The notes below the pieces were generated by a model that worked only from the letters and a program-made list of their open reading frames with translations, searched no databases and had not been told where the DNA came from. DNA of 57,879 bases from Spirogloea muscicola. Lineage: Eukaryota. Within the stretch, counting starts at the first letter, position 1, and the number at the start of each line of letters is the position of its first letter. Shown here one piece after another: positions 12,255-24,886 of the stretch. Position numbers and translations under genes: made by a program. The stretch spans positions 852,007-909,885 of the forward strand of contig WELB01000031.1 in NCBI GenBank assembly GCA_009602725.1. The letters are read 5' to 3'.

Positions 12255-12803
12255 TGTAATGGAGCGGCCGTTTAATTAAGCCACACGGCTCTGTTGTTAT
12301 TTCATGACCGACTGTTTGGGCCAAGTGGCCCGCCAGGTGGCCGGTTGGCTGGCCGGGCAAGTGGCCCGCCCAGAGGCGGGCCCCCCCCGTCCTGAAATAC
12401 CCCTACCCAGGATCCGCCCGTTCAAAGGAGGATATATGGCCTGCCGCAAGGCGGGCCATGGGGCGACCCACTCACACCCCTGTTAGGGGGGGGGGGGCAC
12501 GGGGAAGTACGAGGAGCCTTGGGGGCTGAGGCTCAACAGGAGTTCGAACAGGGGAAGCCCAGGAGCAGCCTTGCCGCTGTTCGCTGCCGCAGCCGCCTTC
12601 GCATTTTGCTGTGGGGCCTGCTACGCCGGCCTGGGCTCAGGAGGTGAGAGTCGCCGCCAGGCGGCGGCGCCAAGGGGCCTGTCTTCCGCTGCGCCGTGGC
12701 GTTAGTGCTTTCCTGTGTAGTGGGTTGGTCCCATAACCCCCTACAGCCGAACTTAATTAGGACTCTTCACCCTGACTGCGTGTGTAGGGCGATGATCGCT
12801 ACA
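12255..12803 (+). mobile_element. Family A 5' LTR with a PBS remnant
   Basis: TGTAATG...GCTACA followed by TGATATCAGAGGCGGTCTTGCATCC; homologous to 16384-16920. Confidence 0.85.
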
Positions 12804-12839
12804 ATTTGATATCAGAGGCGGTCTTGCATCCATCGCGCT

Positions 12840-14195
12840 GGCGACTCTACCTCCTGGGCGCGACCCGGCGGCTGTCCTCCAAGGGATGCAGCTGCGGGCT
12901 TCCCGCAGCAAGCCCCGCAGCAGGCTGCGGCGGCGGCTGCGGTGGCAGCAGCAGCAAGGCTGCTCCTAGGCTTCACAGGTCCGAACTGATGTCGGGTCTC
13001 AGTCAAAGGCTCGTAGTGCACTACCCGTGCCCACCCCCCTCCAGGGGTGTGACCAGGTAGCCCAATGGCCTGCCTTGCGGCCGGCCAAAGATCCTTCCCT
13101 GAACGGGTGTGAATTCTAGCGAGGGATATTTCTGGACGGGCGGGGCCCGCACCTGGCGCACTTGCCCGGCCAGCCAGCCCGCCACCTGCCGTGTAGCATC
13201 TCTGTCCCTAATCACACATCTAGGGTTAGAATGTCCTGTTTGGGATCGGTCATAGGGTGTTTTGAGACAACTCTCGCACCAGAGAACGCCAACGCACATA
13301 TGCGCACAGAGCGCAGCGGAAGTCTTACCCTAAGGCACCGCCCTAGGGCGGTGACTCTACCAATGGACTCACAGAGAGCCGGCGGGGCCCGCAGCGACGA
13401 GCTGTAGCAACGGGCTGGGCAGCAGGCGGCAGCAGCAGAGCTGTGGCGGTGGCGGCGGCAGCAGGCAGCAACGGGGCTGGCTAGGCAGCAACAGAGCTGT
13501 GTCTCTCTCGGCGTTGGTCGGACTCTGGAGTCTGGCCAAGGCCTACTACTTATAGCGGTCCTCCTCCCCAGAGGGTGACGAGGGTCGCTCCCAGGGCTCT
13601 CCCTGGAAGGGCGGGCCTGACAATGGAACACGATGATTGCAGAGGCTAGTGCTCAGGGCCAGAGGCCTGTAGCGCGAGTCCAAGAGACTGGCGCGCAGAG
13701 CAGGGACTAGCGCCAAGGAGGTGGCGCGCCAGGCCAAGAGCCTGGCTCACGGGGCCACAGGACTGAGGCCATGAGAACTCGGGACAGAGGCCATGCAGCC
13801 ATGAGGCCAAGAGAGCTGGCCAACCCGGCCAGCCTGCAGGGCGCTGGCCTGAGGGAGAGCTGCCCCACCCGGCCAACCCGCAGAGCGCTGGCCTGAGAGA
13901 GAGCTGCCCACCAGGCCAGCCCGCAGGTGGGCGACATGCGCAAGGGGCCCGAAGCGTGCGCACGTGGTACGGAGCCCAGGACCTCGACCGCAATTAGCTA
14001 CACGGAGGGCAACAAAGTTACGCGCACCGTTTGAGACTCCAGACAGTAGGTACGATACGCTCATGTAAGGTTATCGATCCCGTTGGCACGCTCAAACGGG
14101 GGGAACGTTACATATCGGGCCACTTGCCGGCAAACGGCAAGCGGTCATGTAAGGCTCAGCACCGTGTGGCTTAACTAAACGGCTGGATCGTTACA
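12840..14195 (-). mobile_element. A-related LTR split by a B solo LTR
   Basis: A-type motifs in reverse orientation flank 13192-14112; the terminus GATCGTTACA is at 14195. Confidence 0.65.
13192..14112 (-). mobile_element. Family B solo LTR
   Basis: TGTAGCATC...AACGTTACA termini; TATA-like TATAAGTAG on the minus strand at ~13545-13553; degenerate TSD TGCCG/TATCG. Confidence 0.8.
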
Positions 14196-14199
14196 GAGC

Positions 14200-15198
14200 T
14201 GCTCGGCAGTCCACCACCACACTCTCTGAGCTGTACGTGCGTATTCGTGATGGGTATGGCATAGACCCATGGTTTACAAGTGAAATCAATACACGCACAC
14301 TAGTAAATCACCAAGGCTTCTGGTGGCGAGGTGACGTTATTGTCAGTTCCTGACGGCAATGCCCTGCGCTGCAGGATCTTACAAGAGCTACATGAGCCTC
14401 CGTATAGTGATCATTTGGGTATATGAAAGATAGCTGACCATCGTTTCTTTTGGTGGCCGGACTGGAAAGTCCAAATGGAGTCTTTTGTGAAGACTTGTGC
14501 CACCTGCCAGCGCAATAAGGCACGCTATTATAAGCCCGCCGGGTTGCTCCAGACCGTTACGAATGTCGAAGGACACATCCTTCCGACGTTTGTCAGCATG
14601 AGCCTTCTGGCGACGCTGGGCAATTTTAAAGAAATGCCGAGCTCGTGTCTGGGCCTCCAAGAGGGTCCCAGTAAAGGCTACCGCGGCGAAAACTCCTTCC
14701 GGCCTCCCCACCTGAAGTGGAGCTCGGAGATGCTGACCATAGTTTAGGAAGAAGGGTGTCTCCTTGGACGCATGATAGGCATGGATCACATCGTAATCGG
14801 CTGGAGCCAAATATTCCTCCCAGTCAGTCTGGCTGAGATTGACAAAGTGCTTCGGCATGTCCTCGAAAACCCCATTCACTATCTCAATTTGGCATTAGCT
14901 TTGTGGATGTAAGACTGTGAACACAGCGTGCCAATTAGCTTCTCAACTTTTTTCGAGAACTGACCTGTAAAGCGAGGATCGCGGTCCGAGACCAGCCTCT
15001 CAGGTACACCATGCAGCTTCCACCTTATCTACAAAGATGCTACCGAAATCCGTCGTTGATGCCCGCGTAGTCGTAGGAGCAAATCGCATCATTTGACCAA
15101 ACGATCCACAAAGACGAGCATGGCATCAAAGCCGTTCCGCGTCTTCGGCAATATGTGATGAACTGCACACTTACATCAGTCCGAATTTGCAAGGTCTG
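14200..15198. pseudogene. Gypsy integrase remnant with its core segment inverted
   Basis: The plus strand at 14200-14555 encodes FVKTCATCQRNKARYYKPAGLLQ. The minus strand at 15198-14556 continues with FIT..PKTRNGFDAMLVFVDRL, SDRDPRFT and ETPFFLNYGQHLRAP. Confidence 0.75.
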
Positions 15199-15227
15199 AG
15201 ATAATCTGGAAGGCTCGTCAGAGATGG

Positions 15228-16383
15228 TGTGACGTCCTTCCTAATCCTTATACACGCAGTTAGGGGTTAGTACGTCCTGGTAAGGTCCAATGAGTGGGGG
15301 TTCAGAACCCCCTACAGTGAAGCACTTTACGACACACAGCGGAAATTTTAGCCTGAGGCACCGCCGGAAGGCGGCGACTCTACTGAGGGTCTGGCTTAAT
15401 AGCTGTCCCCGCATGGGGTGCAGCCATGGCACTTACGGAGAGCCGGCGATGTTCGCAGTGACGAGCTGCGGCAACGGGCTGAGCGGCAGACGACGGCAGC
15501 AGAACTGTGGCGGCGGCTGCGGCAGCAGGTAAGCAGGGCTATGCCTCTCTCTGGCCTCACTGATTGAACTACTGAGTCGGCTCTCGGCCAACTACTTGTG
15601 ATGCTTCAATGCCACCCCCCCTTCAGGGTGTGCGGGAACCGCTTCAAGGCCCGCCCCTGACTTGAAGGCCCACCCGTCAGGGGCGGGCCTCACGAGGGTC
15701 GTTTGCTGGGACAAGCCCCGTCCACGGGAAGGACACTGTAAGGTGGACAGCATAACGTCCCTGTCCATATACACACAGTTAGGGTCAAATCGTCCTGATT
15801 TGGATTCGGACATAGGGTGCTTGGGGGACAACCCTCATACAGAAGATAGCCAACGTACACACGTGCACAAAGCGCAGCGGAAGGCTTACCTGAGACACCG
15901 CCAGAAGGCGGTAATTCCATCAAGAGTTAGTAGCTTTCCCCCATGGGGCCCAGCCATATACTCACAGAGAGCTGGCGAGGTCCGCAACGACGAGCTGCGG
16001 CAATGGGCTGGGCAGCAGGGGGCAGCAGCAGAGCTGTGGCGGCGGCTGCGGCAGCAGACAGCAGCAGGGCTGTGCCTTTCTCGGCGTCACGGGTCTAACT
16101 GATGAGTCCGGCCTCGGCCTACTACTGATAGCGTTCCATCTGCCACCCCTCCCCTGAGGGTGTGACAAGGGTCGCCCCAGGATCCTCCCCCGAAGGGGCG
16201 GGCCTGACAAGGGAATACGACGAATGCAAGAGATTGGCGCACAAGGCCACGAGCCTGGCGCACAAGTCCAAGCAGAAAGGCGCAAGAGGCCTGACCCAAC
16301 TGGCCAGCCCGCAGGGCGTGGGCCCGAGGCGTGCGCACGTGGTACGGATACCGGGACCTCGAACCTTACTTAGCTACACGCGG
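15228..16383 (-). mobile_element. Two adjacent partial family B LTRs
   Basis: B-type U5 ends at 15228 and ~15752. The second is cut by the family A element starting at 16384. Confidence 0.65.
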
Positions 16384-19300
16384 TGTAATGAATCGGCCGT
16401 TTGGTTGAGCCACACGGCTCTGTTGTTATTACATGACCGACTATTTGGGCCAAGTGGCCCGCCAGGTGGCGGGCTGGCTGGCCGGGCAAGTGCCCCGTCC
16501 AGAGGTGGGCTCCGCCCGTCCTAAAGTACCCCTTGCCAGGATCCGCCCGTTCAAGGGAGGATCTTTGGCCTGCCGCAAGGCGGGCCATGGGGCGACCCGC
16601 TCACACCCCTGGAGGGGGGGTGGCACGGGGAAGCACGAGCCTTTGTGGCTGAGGCTCGACGGAGTTCGAACCTGGGAAGCCCAGGAGCATCCTTGCCGCT
16701 GCTCGCCGCGGCAGCCGCCGCCGCACTCTGCTGCGGGGCCTGCTGCACCGGCCTGCGCCCAGGAGGTGGAGTCACCCCCGGATGGTGGCGCCACCGGGCC
16801 TCTCCTCTGCTGCGCCGATGCGCTAGTGCTATACTGTGTAGTGGGTCCCTAAACCCCCTACAACCGAAATCCATAAGGACTGCTCTCCCTAACTGCGTGT
16901 GTGGGGCGAGATGCCTTACAATTTGGCTAAAAGGGGGTCTTGCATCCATCGCGCTTGTGACTTATTGTGCTCGCCGCTGATGATGCAAGGATCACCCTGA
17001 TGTGCTGGCCTGACTTTTTCTGTTGAAGATAAAGTGCTTCGCCAGACGTTGGTCCGTGAGGCGGCTCAACGGAAGCGCCGGGTGCGGAGTTATCTTTGCG
17101 CATTGAGCCAGCAACGACTAACGCCACATTGACCGACTGATCCTTGAGGACCACTTGCTGCGTTCGCTTCTTTTGAGGTGCGACTTGAGCCTGCAGCCTT
17201 TGTATGGTGAGGATAGTCGTGTGGCCAGTATCGATCGAGTGCATCGGTCCTGCTCATATCTGCGGCTGTCTGCCTGCCTGCTGATTGAGGTGTGGAGTTG
17301 CGCGCTGCCCTGCTTGCTCGCTCGCTGGTGCACTAGTCTTGCGATGTCCTGCATTGCGGTATAGAGAGTGTCATTTGCTGACTGTCGGAGTCTGAATTGA
17401 TCATTCAGTGTCCTTCAGACAGCATGGTATCGCACACCTCCAGTGTGCGGCCGAGCCCTCCTCGGGAGGCAGAGCGTCGGCTGCTGCGGCAGCGGCTGCT
17501 GCGGGGCCAGCTGCCAAGGCAGTGGCTGCTGCGGAGCACGCCCACGAGGGTACGCCCAAGCGGGGCACGCCCAGGAGGGGCAGGCCCAAGAGGGGCAGGG
17601 CGAGCTGGGAGTCGGAGGCCTGGAGGGCTTGTTGGCTGGGGATCTGCGACGCGTTGCACTCCTCACGCAGGACCTGGCGGCAGTTCAGGCTGCCATGGAC
17701 CCAGTTCCGCAGGGGCTCTACCACCTGCTTGAAAGGATGTGCGAGGAGCACCGCACCACCATCGCCCAGCTCCGCTGCATGCCCAAGAGACCGATGCTGT
17801 GGGGCATCTGGTGCGCAAGAGCCCCGGCAATCCGCTGCATGGACGTGCAACGGCCCACCCACCACGCCAATTCACCGGTCGGGACGATCGGGGTGGGCTG
17901 CAGTCTTGGCTGAGCGAGATGACCAAGTGGTTTGACACCAAGGAGGCGGACGCGACGGCAAGAGTGTCGCTGGCTGCGACTTCCCTCGCGTGGGAGCCTC
18001 GCGACTGGTGGGACTCCATCAAGAAGACCAGTCGCCGGCCGAGTACAAGGATTGGGGGTCCTTCGCCAGCAGTTGATGTTGGCATATGGCGACCCACATG
18101 CGGAGCTGCGAGCCCGCGACGAGCTGGATGCGCTTCGCATGGGAAGCGAGAGAAGCGCCGACTTTGAGCCCTACTTGCGACGCTTTAGGCTGCTGATTTC
18201 CAAGCTGAGAAATGAGCCAAAGCAGGCACCGACCAGTGCCAGCAATTCAAGCCTGGGCTGCCTTTCGATATGCGCTCGTGGGTGGTGACGGACCCCGATA
18301 CTACCAAGGCGTTTACGGACTTGTCCAAGATGGTGGAGCACGCCAGGAAGGTGGTCAGCATGCCGGATATTTGGCGTGGCAAGCGTCCCTTGCTGGAGGC
18401 AGGCAGGTCGGCAGAGGCCGAACGGGGCAGGAAGCGGTTCAACCCTACAGGAGGGCCAGAACACTCGTCCCCACACCAGCTTCTAAAAGCCACGCGTGGC
18501 AGGTCAAGGCGGCTTTCAGAAGCCGCGTGAGCAAGGTGGTGGTGGCTGCTATGGCTGCGGAGACAAGACCCACCAGATTAGGGACTGCCCAACGGCAGGT
18601 CCGTCTTCATCGCGGCTACGTCCACAGCACCTTGTGGGCCGGGACAGGGGCAATTCAAGGGCAAGCGTGAGTGCCTGACCCTTGCCTCTGGGAGCCATCT
18701 CATTCAGCCAGAAGCACTTGAGCTGTTCGATCTTGCTGGCATTGCTTGCCCGTCAACCAAAGTACCGAGTTTGCGCTCCATTCTTGCTTTGTTGCAAGGT
18801 CTGGAGGCCGGAGGGCGTCTGTTTGTGTGGGTTGCCCAAAACGACTCGCAACTGGCTGCTGATGTCTATCTGAGCTGGTCTGAGTGCCATCGGCCTGAGG
18901 AAATGCTGTTCTTCGTTGTGCCACAGAAGCGCGGCGCGATTGATCGAGCTCCGCTGGGGATGTCGCTGTTGTGCTCGCACGAGGCGGGACACAGACTCCT
19001 TAGGCGTAGTGTTGATGCCACTCGGCTTAGGCCTTACCCGACAGCGGTCAGGGTATATGTCGCTCGCACCCCATTCCTTGGCAGTGTCCATGGGGGACAC
19101 ACTATGCTTTTTGAGGGGCTGGTTGCTGCGGCACCAGCGAGGATCCTCATAGATACAGGGGCTTCAGTGTCCTTCGTCAAAAGGGATTTGGTGTGCTCCA
19201 CTGGCATGCATTGGCAAGCAGATGGCTACCTACCTAAGGTAACATTGGCCCATGGCTACGCAACCATTGTATTGGGCCTGTGCAAGGTTCCCATCCGCAT

Positions 19301-20455
19301 CCAGCAATACAAAGCCAAGGTGCCTTGTTACGCTACTGCGTTGACCGTCGCATTTGATGTGACATTGGGTGATGACTGGCTTTGTGCCACATCTGCCTGC
19401 CTCGATTTTGAACGCCAGACTTGCACTGTACAATGTGGCGCACAGCGCTTTGTCCTTTGCAAGCAGCTTCCCTGTGCACCGCCGCGGGCGGCAGAGACTT
19501 CCATTCTGCTGTCCGCCATGCAGCTGAAGCGATTGATTCATAAGAACAGATGTGCAGATGGCATTTCTTGTAATTGTGCCGTTAAATGACGAGTCTGACT
19601 TGTGTTAATGCTGCGGATTTACCTTGCGGGGTTCTTGATAAGCTGCTGAAAAGAGTTTGCGGATGTGTTTCCCGACTCTCTTCCGGACGGTCTACCTCCT
19701 CACCGAGGTGTGGCTCATACGATTTTACTTAAGCCAGGCGCTCACCCACCTTACCGTCCCATGTACCGGCTGAGCCCTCTCGAATTTCGAGAGATGAATT
19801 CCCAGGTCGAGGACCTGCTAGCAAAGGGCTACAGTGAGCCATCTCAGTCGCCATACGGATCACCCATCACCTTTCTTAAAATCAAGGATGGCACTCTAGG
19901 GATGGGCATTGATTATCGGGCTTTGAGTGAGCTTACAATCACCGATACCCATTGCCTCAGAAAGATGATCTGTTCGATTGGCTTGCAGGGGCTACCGTGT
20001 TTAGCTCCCTGGACCTGTCAAGTGGGTATGTATCATCATCGTATTCGAATCACTCCTGCGGATGTTCCAAAGTCGGCGTTCCGTAAGCCGCTTGGACATT
20101 CTCAGTTCAAGGTGCTGAGCTTTGGTCTGACCAATGCACCGGGTCCATTCCAGGTTGAAATGACGAGGATCTTTGGCCCCCTGCTCTACCAGTTTGTGCC
20201 AGTATACTTGGACGATATCCTGGTGCTCAGAAAAATGCCTGAGGATCACGTGAGGCACCTGCGCCAAGTGCTGCAGTTGCTGCGCGAAAATCAATTGTAT
20301 GCCGAGCGGTCCAAGTGCGCCTTCAACCAGCCAGAGCTGACATACCCCGGACAAGTCGTGGGCAAAGACGGCAAACGTGTCGACCCCAAGAAGACTTCGG
20401 TCGTACGGGATTGGCCTGTGCCACGGACTGGACTGCATTGCGCTCCTTTCTGGGC

Positions 20456-21782
20456 TGTGACATCTCTGCATCTAAACACACAGTTAGAGTCAGGATGTCC
20501 TGGTTTTGATTCGAACATAGGGTGTTTTGGAGACAACCCTCATACAGGAGAACGCCAACGCACATACGCGCACAGAGCGCTGCGAAAGTCTTACCCCGAG
20601 GCACCGCCCTAGGGCGGTGACTCTACCAATAGACTTACAGAGAGCCGGCAGGACCCGCAGCGATGAGCTGCGGCGACGGGCTGGCAGCAGGCGGCAGCAG
20701 CAAAGCTGTGGCGGCGGCGGCAGCAGCAGGCAGCAGCCGGGCTGGCTAGGAAGCAGCGGGCTGTGTCTGTAAGGAATGCTGTGGATCGCCAAGCCCGGGC
20801 TGCCGGCGGCGCAAGGAAAAGCGGGGAGGCATTGGGATGGGGGCCGCAACGGTAGAATTGAGCAACGGTTACTGCGGGGGCGAGGGTCCAGAGGTCCGAG
20901 GTTGGGTGAGGAACTCACCCCCTCTCCTATTTCGGGTGCCCTCTATATAGCCCGACGGACTGCGAGCCCGGCCATACGGGCCCGGGTGGGACATTTGGCA
21001 CCCAGTCTCTCGTTGACGGACCCGTCCACGACCTGTCGACGGCTATCAACGGGCTACCACCGACAATCTACCCCTCCATCGGCAACCATGCCATACTTAC
21101 GGTCCCCCGTCACTAGCAGCTGACGGTCACTACCCCCAGGCTATCGTCAGCCGTCTATCGTTCCCGTCATCACAAACGGCTAACAACGCCGTCAAGGCAG
21201 TCTACAGCGCTGCCACCTCCCGTCGCCGTTTCAACGCCAGCACCATGCTGTCTCGCGTTTCACGACTCCGGGTTGCGCCGCTCTCAGCTCTATATGAAAG
21301 CCACGCTGCCCAGCCTGGTGAAATAGTCCGTCTCCAGGCATCTATCACGCCTTTCCTGCAGCGCTGACAGTCAATTTATTAATCAGCCGGATGAGGTGTC
21401 TAGTCTCCAGGCATCTGTCAATACGTTACTGCTGCATTGACATTCCAGCCATGTAGTGTCTCTCTCGAGCGTTGGTCCGACTGAGCAGTCTGGCCTCGGC
21501 CGGCTACAAATAGCGTTCCACCTGTCACCCCTCCCCCGAGGGTGTGACGAGGGTCGTCCCAGGGCCCACCTTGGGCAGGACGGGCCCAACAATGGGGACA
21601 CGACGCCCAAGAGCGAGCCCGACATCGGGAATAGCCACACAGGGTGCAGTGGATCGCCCAAGAGCGAGCCCGACATCGGGAACAGCGGATCGACCGGCAC
21701 CGTTGACACGCCCCAACGGTGACGAGACGACACTGGAAGGTTTCCCGCAACGTTGGCACGCCCTAACAGCGGGAACGTTACA
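20456..21782 (-). mobile_element. Family B solo LTR inserted in the RT of element 1
   Basis: TGTGAC...GTTACA termini; TSD TGGGC/TAGGC. Removing it restores LRSFLGFANY. Confidence 0.85.
20768..21455 (+). mobile_element. Family C solo LTR nested in the B solo LTR
   Basis: Begins TGTAAGG; perfect TSD GTGTC (20763-20767 and 21456-21460); TATA-like CTATATAG at ~20943. Homologous to 28126-28780 and 41816-42041. Confidence 0.75.
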
Positions 21783-21995
21783 TAGGCTTTGCAAACTACT
21801 TCCGAAAATCTTTACAGAGCTATGGGAACTTGGCACTTCCTCTTACGAAGCTGACTCGTGAGGACGTACCTTGGGCTTGGTCGTCCGAATGCCAGAGCGC
21901 ATCTGAGGGAATACAGCAGGCGCTGACATCTCCGCCTGTGCTGGCCTTTCCTCGTGAGGCGTGCCAAATGGACTCGTCTGCGATGCCTCGTTGAC

Positions 21996-24879
21996 CGGCG
22001 CACAGGGAAGCTGCTTGCAAAGGACAAAGCGCCGTGGGCCACGTTGTACAGTGCAAGTCCGGCGTTCAAAGTCAAGGCATGCTGAGGCGGCACAAAGCCA
22101 GTCATCACCCATTATCACATCCACTGCGACGGTCAACGCAACAGCTTAATAAAGCACCTCGCCCTTACAATGTTGGATGCGAATGGGAACCTTTCACAAA
22201 CCCAGCACATCGGTGGGGTGGCCATCGGCCAATGTCACTCTAGGCAGACCATCTGCTTGCAAATGCAAGCCAGTGGTGCACACCAAATCCCCATTGACAA
22301 AGGACACTGAGGCCCTTGAAAAGGAGGGTAAGGCCTACGCCGAGAGGCATCGACGCCACCCCAAAGGAACCTGTGTCCCGCGTCATACCCAGCGGAGCTA
22401 GATCAGTCACGCAGCGCTTCTGCGGCACAATGAAGAGCAGCATTTCTTTAGCGCGACGGCTCTCAGCCAGCTCAGATAATTATCAGCAGCCATTTGCAAG
22501 TCATTGTGGGAAATCCACACAAACAGAGGCCCCTCCGGCCTCCTGAGCTTGCAACAAAGCAAGAATGGGCGCACAACCGGCACGGTTGGCGGGCGAGCAA
22601 AGCCAGCAAGATCAAACAGTGATAGTGCATCTGACTGAATGACATTGCTCTCAGAGGCAAGTGTCAGGCATCCACGCTTGCCCTTGAGGCTGCCCTTGTC
22701 CCGGCCCATCGGGCGCTGTGGACGTGGCCTCGAAGATGCCGCCAGGCAGTTCCTGTGCAGGTGGCCCTTGTCACCGACCTTGTAGTAGTCAGCGCCCTCC
22801 ACGCGCCGCTCGGGGAAGCCGCCTGAAGGACGCGCTTTCGAGCCCTGGCGTGGTTGAACCGCTTCTTGCCGCGGTCTGTATCAGAACCTTGCTTCCAGCA
22901 GGGGACGCTTTCTTGGACCAACAGTGTCCGACGTGCTGAGCACCTTGCGGGCGTGCTCCACCATCTTGGTGAAGTCCGTGACCTGTTTCGCCGTCGCGGA
23001 ATCCACCGCGACTCAATGGCGAAAGCGATTAGGCAGTCCAGCCTTGAACCGCTGGCCTTGGTCAAGGCTTCATGGGCTCGCTGCGTAGCGTCGTCAGCAG
23101 CAGACGGAAACGCCGTACATAGGACTCGAAGGCCTAGCTCCCTTCGCCCTGCATGCGGAGAGCGTCCAGCTCTGCATCGCGGGCGCGCAGCTCCTTGTGG
23201 GGGTCACCATAGGTGGACAGAAGCGAGCTGCAAAAGAAGTCCCAGCCATTGTACTCCGCGGGCGTCGAGCCCTTCTTCAGGGTGTTCCACCCCTCCCGGG
23301 GCTCCCCTGTGAGATAAGGTAGAAGCGAGGCGCACGCGTGCCCCCGCGTCCGGAAGCGAACACATGAACCACTCATCCATCTCATCAAGCCTTGGCAGCA
23401 ACCCTCCCCGATCATCGTGACCCGAGAACTGCCTAAGTGCATGGGCCCTGGCAAATTCATGCTCAGGGTTTCCACCTCTCTTGCGCATAATGTACAACGA
23501 GGCATCCACCTCTTGCATGTGCCGCTCTGTGGCGCGCTGCCGGACGAGGAGGGCGCGCGCTGCTCCGCGCAAATCCTTGCAGAGAGCCGGTGTTGAGCTG
23601 CGTTCGTTGTGGGCTGGGCTGCTGCCAGATCCTGCACGAGGAGGGCCATCCGTTGCACCTCCCAGCCGACAAGCCATCGTGGCCTTCGGCTCCCAGCTCG
23701 GCGTGCTCCTCAAGGCTTGCCCCGCAGCAGCCATTGCATCTGGCCCTGCCGCAGCCGCTGCATCCACAGCCGACCGCTTCACAGCAGCTGCTGCATCCGC
23801 AGTCGACCGCTCTGCCTCCCGAGGAGGGCTTGGCCGCGCACTGGAGGTATGTGACACCATGCTGTCTGAAGGACACTGAGGAATCAATTTAGCTCCGACA
23901 GTCAGCAAACTACACATTCCATACCGCAATACAGGACATCACAAGACTGGTGCACCAGCGAGCGAGCTTGCAAGGCAGCGCGCAACACACCTCAATCAAC
24001 AGGCAGGCAGACAACCGCAGATGTGACCAAGACCGATGCACGCGATTAATGCTGGTCACACGACTGACCTTACCACACAAAGGCCGCAAGCTCAAGCCAC
24101 ACCTCGAGAGGAGCGAACGCAGCAAGTGGCCCTCAAGGATCAGTCTGCAATCTGGCTTTGGCCGCCGGCTCACCGCGCAAGGATGACACCCCATCCAGCG
24201 CTTCCGCTGAACCGCCCCACGGACCAACGTCTGGCAAGCACTTTGACTCAATGAGCAAAAGCTCAGGCCAGCATATCTGGGTGATCCTTGCATCATCAGC
24301 GGCTAGAACAAGAAGTCACAGGCGCGATGGATGCAAGACCGCCTCTGATACCAAGTTGTAAGGAACCTCGCCCTAAACACGCACTTAGAGAGAGCAGTCC
24401 TCATTGGGTTCGGCGGTAGGGGGTTAGGAGCCAACCCACTACACAGGAAAGCACTAGCGCATAGTGCAGCGGAAGATAGGCCCTGTGGCGCCGCCGTCCG
24501 GCGGCGACTCCACCTCCTGGGCCGGCGCAGCAGGCCCCGTAGCGGAGTGCGGTGGCGGCTGTGGCGGCAAGCAGTGGCAAGACTGCTCCTGGGCTTCCCT
24601 GGTTCGAATTGATTGTCGAGCCTCAGCCCCCGAGGCTCCGTGTGCTTCCCCGTGCCACCCCCCCCTCCAGAGCTGTGAGCGGGTCGCCCCATAGCCCGCC
24701 TTGCGGCAGGCCAAAGATCCTCCCTTGAACAAATGGATCCTGGCGAGGGGGATTTAAGGACGGGATGGACCCGCACCCGGGCCAGCCAGCCCGCCACCTG
24801 GCGGGTCAACTGGCCCAAATAGTCGGTCATGTAATTCCAACAGAGCCATGTGGCTTAACCAGACGGCTGGTTCATTACA
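21996..24879 (-). mobile_element. Family A Gypsy element 2: 5' LTR, PBS, gag, extra domain and partial protease
   Basis: LTR at 24357-24879; PBS at 24343-24353; gag MVSHTSSARPSPPREAER..YGDPHKELRARD; protease C-terminus DVIMGDDWL. Confidence 0.9.
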
Positions 24880-24886
24880 GAGGCAC

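Larger units (their letters stand above)
16384..21999 (+). mobile_element. Family A Gypsy element 1: 5' LTR, gag, extra domain, protease, RT and RNase H start; 3' part lost
   Basis: LTR at 16384-16920; gag ATG at 17424; zinc knuckle CYGCGDKTHQIRDC; protease LIDTGAS; RT VYLDDIL. RT resumes at 21783 (FANYFRK..LALPLTKL) after a nested solo LTR. Many frameshifts. Confidence 0.9.

Noticed and set aside
16921..17400. Conserved upstream or antisense ORF in the family A leader
   Set aside because: Similar peptides across copies follow from DNA similarity. Starts and stops differ between copies and no domain is recognisable.
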